Assembly (NCBI GenBank): GCA_035486155.1
Contig: DATHNJ010000105.1
Coordinates: 1-59,122, forward strand
Source: Terracidiphilus sp.
GTDB taxonomy: Bacteria; Acidobacteriota; Terriglobia; Terriglobales; Acidobacteriaceae
DNA length: 59,122 nt
Direction of reading: 5' to 3'
The notes beneath the pieces are model-generated. The model was not told the origin of the DNA. It was given only the letters and a program-made list of their open reading frames with translations, and searched no databases. This document shows, piece by piece, positions 48,480 through 56,762 of this stretch (the stretch's first letter is position 1; each line of letters begins with the position of its first letter). A program made the translations under genes and the position numbers.

Positions 48480-48757
48480 CTACGCCGGGAAGCCTTCCAT
48501 CATGCGGAGTCTTTCGATCGGACGGTGGTGGCGACGCAAATGACGACCCACGAACTGAAACCATTGATTTGCGTCCAGCGGCGCCATGAGGAAATCCGCG
48601 AACTCACTTGCATAGAGGTGTTCCAGGATCTCGCTCATTGACCACTCTTTGGGAGACGGCGCCTTGCGCCTGGCTCCAGCCGGAGAGCATCTCCAGTAGC
48701 TCTGCGCGAGCTTGTCCCATGGTCTCAACTAACTTGGGTGGGGTTTTATAGGTCACC
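48480..48757 (-). pseudogene. Degraded DinB/YfiT-superfamily (four-helix bundle) gene
   Basis: Frame 1 ..QARAELLEMLSGWSQAQ shifts to frame 2 PSPKEWSMSEILEHLYASE, which runs straight into PLDANQWFQFVGRHLRRH...IER..GFPA; the middle of the fold is missing. Confidence 0.65.
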
Positions 48758-48910
48758 TCGGCAGTCGAGCACGTCCGTCTCCAAAGAGACAAAACTCGCC
48801 CACGGTTCATTCCGTGGTGGAGTGAAGAAGGATTGATCGGGCGTTGAACGATTCGGAAAGGCGAACTGAAGTTATGTCTCGGGGCAAGTGAATGACTCGC
48901 ACCGATGAAA

Positions 48911-50470
48911 TCAGGAAGCTTTTTGTACGGCGGGCGGGTCGACTATGGCATCGAAGGAGCCGGTCTCGATGGTTTGGCCGTGCTTCATCTGGACGAAGAT
49001 TCTGTAGGCGCCGGCGGAGGGGAAGCCGTAGGGAAAACCGACGGTGTTGGGAAGAGCGGTCGGCGCCATGGTCATGCCTGGCATGTTGGGCATCGGCGTT
49101 TTTTCGGCGCTCATGGGTTGTCCCATTCCAGACCCCATGTTCGGCATCGATACGTCGGGGTTGGCGATCATGTAAGCGGCCATCGACACGGTGCCGGTGG
49201 GATGAATGTGCGCGAAGACCGCGCCGTCGGTTTTGACAAAGGCGGCGTGTCCGAGCATGCCCATGTAGAGCGCCATGTCCTGTGCCGGCTTGCCCTGGGG
49301 ATCGAGCAACGCAAATTGGAGATCGAGCGGCGACTTGGCTGCGATTTCGCCGGCGTTGAGCCAGACCATCGTATAGCCGTCGGGAAGTTTGAACTTTTGC
49401 GCGCTTGCGTGGTTTTCGGGCGCGCCTTGCGTTTTATTTGCGGGAGGAGCGATCGGCGCCGAGGTTCCTTCTGCGTCGTCGCCGGCCAGCGGACGGCCGG
49501 AGATGGCGGGCAGCTTGATCTGACCAACGATGGTCTCAGGAAATCCGCTGGCGTGCACCACGTCGGCGTAGAGGTGGTAGTCGCCTGCAGGCAGCGATGG
49601 AAGCGCGAGGCGAAACTCGCCGCTGCCGGCGGGTTCAGGATGCAGGTGCGCCACGATATCCATCTGCGGCCAACGGATGACGTAGAGGTGCATCAGGTGG
49701 TCGTGGTCTTGGATAAAGTCATCGAGCTTGCGCTGCGAGAGCCAGCCGGGATCGTGCAGTTTGAGATCGAGAACATTGCCGGGGTGAAGCGTTGCCGCCA
49801 TCTGGAGCGGTTTGTAGATATTTTGCGAGTAGCTCAGCGCTTCAGCCTTCCACCAGGCGCGTCCCAGGATAACGGCGCCGACCATCAAGGCGAAGCAGAT
49901 CGCCATGGCGATGTAGCCGGAGCGGTGATTGGCCTGAGGAACCGGCGCGCCCGGCGCGAGCTTGGCTTGGCTGGCGGCGGCGCCGACGATGCCGATCATG
50001 CTGACAAAGAGGAAGGCGCCGAGCCCGGCCAGAAGAACGCCCAGGCCGATATTCATCTTCAGAGTGCCCATAGCGGTTGCCGGAACGGGAATGGAGACGA
50101 CGCCATTTCCTGTCGCCCCGTTTACGGCGAGGCGAATCTGCCAGGAGCCGGTGGCCATGATCCAGAGGTGTCCGGTGAAGAATGCAGCGTCATCTGCCGA
50201 TTGCTTCATTGCTTCGGGGACAGGCGGGTGTTTCGACGCTTCGCCGGTCAGTGGGATAGGCGTGATGGCGATGTCTTGAACCCCTGGCGTCTCGGAGCGG
50301 ACTTCGACGTCGGCGACGCCAGGGATAACGAGCGGAGGCCGTACAACGACAAAAAGCTTGTAAGGGCCAGCCTGGCCCTCGGCGTAGATGTCGGGATTGC
50401 CGACGTGCGCATGCGCGAAAGAGGCGCAGAGAAGGGTTGATGCAAAAATCGTCCAGGTCCTTAGCTTCAT
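48911..50470 (-). CDS. Exported/membrane His- and Met-rich putative copper protein, PmoB/AmoB-like architecture
   Basis: Signal ..SFAHA|HVG gives a mature N-terminal His; soluble domain, 2 TM helices, then a large soluble region with DHDHLMH, HLHP, HLYADVVH, MLGH, HIHP and a Met-rich loop; ATGA-coupled to the upstream gene. Confidence 0.7.
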   Translation of the reverse strand: MKLRTWTIFASTLLCASFAHAHVGNPDIYAEGQAGPYKLFVVVRPPLVIPGVADVEVRSETPGVQDIAITPIPLTGEASKHPPVPEAMKQSADDAAFFTGHLWIMATGSWQIRLAVNGATGNGVVSIPVPATAMGTLKMNIGLGVLLAGLGAFLFVSMIGIVGAAASQAKLAPGAPVPQANHRSGYIAMAICFALMVGAVILGRAWWKAEALSYSQNIYKPLQMAATLHPGNVLDLKLHDPGWLSQRKLDDFIQDHDHLMHLYVIRWPQMDIVAHLHPEPAGSGEFRLALPSLPAGDYHLYADVVHASGFPETIVGQIKLPAISGRPLAGDDAEGTSAPIAPPANKTQGAPENHASAQKFKLPDGYTMVWLNAGEIAAKSPLDLQFALLDPQGKPAQDMALYMGMLGHAAFVKTDGAVFAHIHPTGTVSMAAYMIANPDVSMPNMGSGMGQPMSAEKTPMPNMPGMTMAPTALPNTVGFPYGFPSAGAYRIFVQMKHGQTIETGSFDAIVDPPAVQKAS

Positions 50471-51648
50471 CGCTGAATCTTTCTCATCCAGTCGCCCAGC
50501 ATGAGGCCGAGCCAAATGCTGATGGTGGAATAGACAACGGCTATGCCGAGCCCGGACCAAAGAGCGAGCCCGTGCTGCGGGTTGACAAACTGGCGAAGCA
50601 CATAGGGCGACCAAGGCTTAGCCGAGTAATCGGGGTAGCCGGCAACGAAGAATGGGTTGTGCGCGGCCTTGGTCATCAGGAAGCTCGTAAAGGGCCACTG
50701 CGCGGCGACCAGCGAGAGCAGAAACACCGGGCCGCTGATCGCGGCGACCAGCAGGGCATTCTTTTCGCCGATGCGGCGCCATAGCAGGTCGAGTAACACG
50801 GCGGGAACTATGAGCAGGAGCGGAAACTCAGGCGGAACGAAGTGGGTGATCGGCTCGTAGACCGGCCCGAGCTTGGGTTGTGCCGGAAAAATCTGCAGGA
50901 TGAGAATGACCCCGATCAGAAAGAGGGAGTAGATAGCGGTCATCCATGTGCAAGCCCAGCGGTTGCGCGCTCCCCTGCCAACCAGGCCGAAGTAGATGGG
51001 AACCCCCAGCGAGATCGAGATGTAAGCGGTGGCGTTGTGCAGAAAGACGTCGGTCGTGTACTCAACGCGAAAAAACATCGCCTGGATCAGCAACAACCCT
51101 GCGGCGTAGAGCAGCAGAGCTTGTAGGCGGCGGTAGGTATTCGATTCCCAGCCGGCGCGATTCATGGTCGAGGCGATGACAAAGAGCAGGCCGACGTGAA
51201 CGGCGAAGGCGCCCAGCACCAGCAGAGTGTGGGGAGGGCTGATGATTTTGACGTCGAGGCCGTAGGCGTTGTGCCACCAGTTGTCAAAGGGCGCCGAGGT
51301 GATCATGGCGATGCCGCCCCAGGCGGCGATGAAGGCGCCGAGCGGGGCGTTGAAGCCAAGTACGCGTACTGCGCCTTCTCGAGCGGCGCGCCCGCGGACG
51401 AAGGTAGTGCTGAGGATGAGATAGCCGAACGAGATGCCGGCCAGGACGCCGCACAGATAGATGGCCATGTGGGCGGGGGTCCAGAAGGTGTCGCGTCCGA
51501 TGGAGCGGTGCCAGGAGACGTCCCAATAGGCGCCGATGGCGACTGAGGTTACGGCCAGGGTCGCACACCACAAATACCAGGGAACTCGCTTAGGCAGTTC
51601 CGGCCGTTGAACCTCGTCTAAGATTTGGGGGGAGATGACGGTTGCCAT
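50467..51648 (-). CDS. Polytopic membrane protein with PmoC/AmoC-type metal motifs and PmoA-like C-terminal half
   Basis: DVSWHRSIGRDTFWTPAH and DNWWHNAYGLDVKIISPPH motifs; about 10 hydrophobic helices. Confidence 0.7.
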   Translation of the reverse strand: MATVISPQILDEVQRPELPKRVPWYLWCATLAVTSVAIGAYWDVSWHRSIGRDTFWTPAHMAIYLCGVLAGISFGYLILSTTFVRGRAAREGAVRVLGFNAPLGAFIAAWGGIAMITSAPFDNWWHNAYGLDVKIISPPHTLLVLGAFAVHVGLLFVIASTMNRAGWESNTYRRLQALLLYAAGLLLIQAMFFRVEYTTDVFLHNATAYISISLGVPIYFGLVGRGARNRWACTWMTAIYSLFLIGVILILQIFPAQPKLGPVYEPITHFVPPEFPLLLIVPAVLLDLLWRRIGEKNALLVAAISGPVFLLSLVAAQWPFTSFLMTKAAHNPFFVAGYPDYSAKPWSPYVLRQFVNPQHGLALWSGLGIAVVYSTISIWLGLMLGDWMRKIQR

Positions 51649-51819
51649 ATTCACCTTTGAAAAGAGGGATAAGACGCTATCAATTTAACAGAGCGATTGG
51701 AGCGAGAAAAATTCCTCAGTTGAGGGATAACGAGACGTTCCTGAAGATGATTTTGGCGCCTTTGACGTTTGACGCATGGAAATTAAAACGGAGCCTGTAG
51801 AGAGCGCCGGACGAGTGCT

Positions 51820-52239
51820 CTACAGCAAACAATGCGCTCCATGGGCGGCGAGAGCCTTGTCGAGCGTTATTAGGTGGCCTCCGGCGGCTTGAGCCACTGC
51901 GAGTAACCAGGCCTCAGTCCAAAGCTTTGGCGAGGCGAACTTTCCGATTGCAAATTTGCGAAAGGCCTTCTCAACTTCGGGGGGGTCGGAGAGGAAGGTT
52001 ACTCGGTCATCGTCGTAGAAGCGGTCATAGGTGCGCCATGCGTCATTGATGGTCAACGGCTGACCGTTCATAGCTGAGGAGGTTGTGATGAGGCGCAGAA
52101 ATCCATGTTGTGTGGAGCGCACCATGGCAATGAGGCCTGTACATTCCCGCCACCAGAGCCGGGCGCGCGCGGAGTGGACATGGTCATGAGACGCCAGAGC
52201 GAGCCAGACATTGACGTCAGGGAAACTCAATGAGGTCAT
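51820..52239 (-). CDS. VapC PIN-domain toxin
   Basis: FPDVNVWLAL...H.H..AR.W, GFLRLIT, LW.EAWLLA, TLDK. Confidence 0.88.
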   Translation of the reverse strand: MTSLSFPDVNVWLALASHDHVHSARARLWWRECTGLIAMVRSTQHGFLRLITTSSAMNGQPLTINDAWRTYDRFYDDDRVTFLSDPPEVEKAFRKFAIGKFASPKLWTEAWLLAVAQAAGGHLITLDKALAAHGAHCLL

Positions 52240-52468
52240 AGATTTGTTCGTTCGTTAGATCGATCTTGCGTCCGGTCGATGGGATCAGCGGAGTGCTGAG
52301 ATCAAGGCGGCGCGGCGGGCGAGAGGCTTTGACCTCTTCTACGGCGTGTTCGATGCCTTCCAGGATCAGCTTGCGGGCAGAGCAGCCCTTACGAGCCGCA
52401 GCTTCGTGCAAGCGGCGGTGTAGATCGCGCGGCAGGTCGATCGACGTCCGGATGGGCTTGGCTTTCAT
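52217..52468 (-). CDS. Ribbon-helix-helix antitoxin (VapB-like)
   Basis: RTSIDLPRDLHRRL...AA..G.S.R.LI; overlaps the toxin start. Confidence 0.85.
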   Translation of the reverse strand: MKAKPIRTSIDLPRDLHRRLHEAAARKGCSARKLILEGIEHAVEEVKASRPPRRLDLSTPLIPSTGRKIDLTNEQIYDLIEFP

Positions 52469-52474
52469 GATGTG

Positions 52475-52504
52475 ATTATGGGCGCGGCGACTTAAATAAG
52501 TCAA
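52475..52504 (-). promoter_or_regulatory. Promoter and palindromic operator of the vapBC operon
   Basis: TTGACT-N18-CATAAT, ATG 6 nt after the -10; GACTTA-aa-TAAGTC palindrome at 52489-52502 over the -35. Confidence 0.7.
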
Positions 52505-52571
52505 AACGAACTGACAAGGACATTAGCAAGACCAGCCATCAGAGATGACCATTTCCGTAGAATGGACTTGG

Positions 52572-54584
52572 ATGGCTTTTACCGAACAATACGAGGTGGC
52601 CGTGGTGGGCGCCGGGCACGCCGGGTGCGAGGCGGCGATGGCTGCGGCGCGCATGGGGCTGAAGACGGCGCTGATCACGATGAATCTCGACCTGATTGCG
52701 CAGATGAGCTGCAATCCGGCGATTGGCGGCGTGGCGAAAGGGCACTTGGTCCGCGAAGTGGATGCTCTTGGCGGCATCATGGGCGAGGTCGCCGATGCGG
52801 TCGGCATCCAATTCCGTCTGCTGAATACGTCGCGGGGGCCGGCGGTGTGGAGTCCGCGCGCCCAGTGCGACAAGGCTCTCTACCGCGTAAAGATGCGCGA
52901 GGTGCTCGAGGGCCAGCCGGGACTGCATATCCGGCAGGCGGAGGTGATTGATCTCGTCTTTGAAGAGATCGACTACAGGGAACCGGGATCAGGGAACAGG
53001 GAAGAGACCGACGGCGAGCGAGGGAACGAGGGACCTAGGGACCGGCGGCGTGTTGTTGGCCTGAAGCTGCGCGATGGGAGGCGGCTGATGGCCGGAGCCA
53101 CGATCATCACCACCGGCACCTTTCTGAACGGACTGATTCACTGCGGCGAGGAGCAGTATCCTGCGGGGCGCTCCGGCGAGCCAGCTTCGGTTTTGTTGGG
53201 CGAGGCGCTGCGCCGCCTGGGGCTGCGGACATGCCGCCTGAAAACCGGAACGCCGCCGCGCCTCGATGGCCGGACGATTCACTGGGAGCGGTTCGAAGAG
53301 CAGCCGGGCGACGCGGAGCCGACGCCGTTCAGTTTCAGGACAAAGAAAATTGCACAGCCGCAGGTGAGCTGCCATATCGCGTTCACAACGCCGGAGACGC
53401 TGCAGCTGATTCGCGAGAACGTACACCGCTCGGCGATGTACTCAGGGCGGATCGAGGGCATTGGGCCGCGGTATTGTCCGTCGATCGAAGACAAGATCGT
53501 CAAGTTTCCGGACAAGACCCAGCACCAGTTCTTTCTGGAGCCCGAGGGGCTGAACACGCACGAGGTCTACGTGAACGGCATGTCGACCTCGCTGCCGATG
53601 GAAGTGCAATGGCAAATGGTTCACTCGATTCCGGGCCTGGAAGACGCGGAGATGCTGCGGCCTGGCTACGCAATCGAGTACGACAGCGTGGATGCGACGG
53701 AGCTGGACCGCACCTTGCGTGTGAAAGCCTTCACAGGCCTTTACCTCGCGGGACAAATCAACGGCACAAGTGGCTACGAAGAAGCCGCGTGCCAGGGAAT
53801 CATGGCGGGGATCAATGCGGCGCTCTGGCTGAAGGGCGCGCCGCCGTTCACAATGGATCGCACCGAGGGCTACACGGGGATACTGATCGACGATCTGATC
53901 TCGAAGGGGACCAACGAGCCCTACCGGATGTTCACTTCGCGGGCGGAGTTTAGATTGCATCTGCGCATCGACAACGCCGATCGCAGGTTGACGCCGTATG
54001 GGCGCAAGCTGGGGCTGATCAACGACGTAGCGTGGACGGAGTACGAGCAGAAGCAGGCGCGTATGGCGGCGCTGAAAAAACTGCTAACTGCAGGGAAAGT
54101 AGATACAGAGGCGCTGCGCGTAGCGGGACTGGATGAACTGACTGCGACGGCTGGCCAGACGTGGGCGCAGTTGCTGAAGCGGCCCGAGGTGACGATTGAG
54201 CCGGCGCTGCGGGCGATGCAGCACAAGCTGGAAATAGACCCGACGCTGGCGGAGTTTGCGCGGCTAGATCAGGATTCGCCGATGCATCGGGCGATGCTTA
54301 GAAACGAAGCGCGCGCCGTGGAGACGGAGATCAAGTTCTCCGGCTATCTGGATCAGCAGAAGAAATCGATCGAGAAGCTGAAAGCGGCCGAATCGGTGAC
54401 GATTCCCGAGTGGATCGAGTATGGCGCGATCAGCGGACTCTCGCGCGAGATGCGGGAGACGCTGGAGCGCGTGCGGCCGTTGACCATTGGGCAGGCGAGC
54501 CGCATTCCAGGCGTGACGCCGGCGGCGTTGAGCTTGGTGCATGTGTCGATTCGCGTGCAGGGAGCGCATCGAGCTACTGCGTGA
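52572..54584 (+). CDS. mnmG: tRNA uridine-5-carboxymethylaminomethyl(34) synthesis enzyme MnmG (GidA)
   Basis: [60 protein letters not shown]. Confidence 0.97.
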   Translation: MAFTEQYEVAVVGAGHAGCEAAMAAARMGLKTALITMNLDLIAQMSCNPAIGGVAKGHLVREVDALGGIMGEVADAVGIQFRLLNTSRGPAVWSPRAQCDKALYRVKMREVLEGQPGLHIRQAEVIDLVFEEIDYREPGSGNREETDGERGNEGPRDRRRVVGLKLRDGRRLMAGATIITTGTFLNGLIHCGEEQYPAGRSGEPASVLLGEALRRLGLRTCRLKTGTPPRLDGRTIHWERFEEQPGDAEPTPFSFRTKKIAQPQVSCHIAFTTPETLQLIRENVHRSAMYSGRIEGIGPRYCPSIEDKIVKFPDKTQHQFFLEPEGLNTHEVYVNGMSTSLPMEVQWQMVHSIPGLEDAEMLRPGYAIEYDSVDATELDRTLRVKAFTGLYLAGQINGTSGYEEAACQGIMAGINAALWLKGAPPFTMDRTEGYTGILIDDLISKGTNEPYRMFTSRAEFRLHLRIDNADRRLTPYGRKLGLINDVAWTEYEQKQARMAALKKLLTAGKVDTEALRVAGLDELTATAGQTWAQLLKRPEVTIEPALRAMQHKLEIDPTLAEFARLDQDSPMHRAMLRNEARAVETEIKFSGYLDQQKKSIEKLKAAESVTIPEWIEYGAISGLSREMRETLERVRPLTIGQASRIPGVTPAALSLVHVSIRVQGAHRATA

Positions 54585-54616
54585 GTGCGGACTTATGCTG
54601 CGCCATGAAGCGCACG

Positions 54617-55207
54617 CTATTGCGCGCTGTTGCCGCTCTTGGAGAACAGTGGAATATGGAACGGCATCTCCGCGTTGGATTGCTTCTTCTGCTTGCCGGG
54701 CGCTTCGGAGCGCACGGAGGTGCGCTGCGAGTTGATGCACAGCCAGCCGGTGCGATTGCGCTCAAAGACGTGCGTGAAGACGCCCTTCTCATCCACCTGA
54801 CTTGAACCGGCCTTGTGGTGCAGCACGTAGGTGCCGTTGGCGACGGCTGTGTCGCCTAACAGGCGCACGGTGATGACGCGTTGATCGAGATGCAGGGTCT
54901 TGTCGTCGTTAACAAGCAGGTTGGCGACCTGCTGATTGCGCGTCGTGACGTCGCCGCTCGCGGAGACGTCGAGAAACAAAGGCGACAGGACGAGTTCAAG
55001 TCCGTATTGGTCGCGCCCGTTGATGGCCCCGGACCAGCTGTCCTCGATCTTCTGGAACTGCGCGACCTCGGTAGTGGAGGTTGACTCGATCGGCGCCGAC
55101 ACCTTGGTGGGCGCAGGTGCGGCTTGCGCCGGGGCTGATGCCGAATCCTGAGCGAGCGCAGAAACAGAGAGAAGAACGACAGAGAAACCAACCGCAAAAC
55201 GAATCAT
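54617..55207 (-). CDS. Exported NTF2/DUF4440 family protein
   Basis: Signal peptide; VRLLGDTAVANG, FTHVF....GW.CI.SQ. Confidence 0.82.
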   Translation of the reverse strand: MIRFAVGFSVVLLSVSALAQDSASAPAQAAPAPTKVSAPIESTSTTEVAQFQKIEDSWSGAINGRDQYGLELVLSPLFLDVSASGDVTTRNQQVANLLVNDDKTLHLDQRVITVRLLGDTAVANGTYVLHHKAGSSQVDEKGVFTHVFERNRTGWLCINSQRTSVRSEAPGKQKKQSNAEMPFHIPLFSKSGNSAQ

Positions 55208-55503
55208 AGACCGAACAAACTCCCAGCCTTCAATGATAATCCTTGGACTCCCCGGCCAAGCCTGATGGAAGCGAGGAAACGGCTGAATTCTGCGCCATTG
55301 AATGCCAATTCAGGCGCTCCAGCCGGCCCGGATGGCTGAGCGCAATCAACGAATTCCTCAATCATGATCCTGCCGGCTTTGCGGATTCGTCGGCCTCTAC
55401 CTCGTCGACGAGGACGGTGTGACGGACGCTGTTTCTTGTCGAACGATGTTCCGCTACAGGAATTTCAAAGGATTACGCGATGCGGACCACCAGCTCTGCG
55501 CTC

Positions 55504-55519
55504 TGTGATCTGCATCACC
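55504..55519. promoter_or_regulatory. CRP/FNR-like box upstream of the decaheme gene
   Basis: TGTGA-tctgca-TCACC (also reads GTGAT-N4-ATCAC). Confidence 0.5.
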
Positions 55520-55687
55520 GTATCAATTCTAAAAACGCCGTAGCATGCGGACCATAGGTGACGCTCCAGAGAACAAGCGCCTTTGAGGGGCTAGACCATC
55601 GTCCTGCGTTGGGCAAGCGCGTTGTTGGTTGCTGGCTCCAGGAAGATTGGTTGAGCCAGTCCAAAGATCGCCAGCAGAGCTCCCGAG

Positions 55688-56659
55688 GTGGTTCTTTTGA
55701 TCTCTCATCATCGGCCAAATGCGCATTTGTTTATCGATAGGGCTCCGGGAAAGACTGCGGCGCTGCGAGCCTGGTTTTTGCTGGCGGTCGGCGTGTATTT
55801 GTTTTGCTTCACGGCTGCGGCTGCTCCGGCGAAGGGAGGCAAGACACCGGACGCGAAACAGGCCGATCCGAGCCAGTATGTGGGGTCGGAGGTCTGCGCA
55901 AGCTGCCACGATGAAAACGCGAAGAAGTTCGCGGACAATCCTCACACGAAGATCTCCCTGATGCATGGCGGGAGCGCGGCGACGTGCGAGAGCTGCCACG
56001 GTCCCGGCAAAGCGCATGTGGAGGGCGGCGGCGACGTCATCAAGATCTTCAACCCCGCCAAGCACTCGACCAAAGAGGTCGATGCAACATGCCTCAACTG
56101 CCATGCAGGCGCCCATCCTGACTTTGAGCGCTCTCCGCACGCCAAGGCCGACGTGGGCTGCGTGGGGTGCCACAGCATTCACAAGAGCGAGGACAAGGAG
56201 CATCTGCTCAAAGCCTCCCAGCCTACGCTCTGCTTCCAATGCCACACCGATGAGAAGCCGCAGTTCGATATGCCCTTCCACCACAAGGTGAACGAAGGAC
56301 TGATCAAATGCAGCGACTGCCACGATGTACACGGCACGTTCGAGAAGAGCAACCTTAGGTCGCGAAACGATTCGAACCTGATCTGCACCAAGTGCCACAC
56401 CGAGAAGCGCGGACCGTTCGTTTACGAGCACACGCCGGTGAAGGGCGAAGGGTGCATGGGCTGCCATACGCCGCACGGCTCGCAGAATGCGCGGATGTTG
56501 AATATGCCGAACGTCAACCTGCTGTGTAACCAGTGCCACAGCCCCGTGGCCGCAGGCACAGTGCACGGCATGAATGCAGGCTCCTCCGAACTAACGCCCT
56601 GCACGGACTGCCACACGATGATCCACGGTTCAAACATGAATGTGGCGTTTATCAGGTAG
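55688..56659 (+). CDS. Decaheme c-type cytochrome, DmsE/MtrA/PioA family
   Basis: Ten CxxCH motifs counted; YVGSE.C, CESCHGPG, KRGPFVYEH, IHGSN; signal peptide; start may be TTG 55697. Confidence 0.93.
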   Translation: MVLLISHHRPNAHLFIDRAPGKTAALRAWFLLAVGVYLFCFTAAAAPAKGGKTPDAKQADPSQYVGSEVCASCHDENAKKFADNPHTKISLMHGGSAATCESCHGPGKAHVEGGGDVIKIFNPAKHSTKEVDATCLNCHAGAHPDFERSPHAKADVGCVGCHSIHKSEDKEHLLKASQPTLCFQCHTDEKPQFDMPFHHKVNEGLIKCSDCHDVHGTFEKSNLRSRNDSNLICTKCHTEKRGPFVYEHTPVKGEGCMGCHTPHGSQNARMLNMPNVNLLCNQCHSPVAAGTVHGMNAGSSELTPCTDCHTMIHGSNMNVAFIR

Positions 56660-56762
56660 CGGATAGAGAGGAGCTGCAGGTAGAGATGCCTGGCTCCGCT
56701 CCGGCAACGATTTTGAATCGAGGTTCAAAGCTTCGACGCAAGCAAGTTTAGTGAGGCTTTCT

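Noticed and set aside
48905-50440. 511-aa plus-strand ORF, and other long antisense ORFs such as 5083-6252, 11153-12385, 55529-56566 and 57015-58118
   Set aside because: Shadow frames of well-supported opposite-strand genes in GC-rich DNA; no motifs
48911-51648. Calling the pair bona fide pmoCAB/amoCAB, implying methanotrophy or nitrification
   Set aside because: Similarity is limited to motifs and topology; the PmoB HxH in domain 1 is missing and no downstream pathway genes are visible, so no gene symbols were assigned
56686-56751. 21-codon ORF before the beta-barrel gene as a frameshifted N-terminus
   Set aside because: The barrel frame has its own start (GTG 56751 or ATG 56763) and a complete signal peptide, so no frameshift is needed
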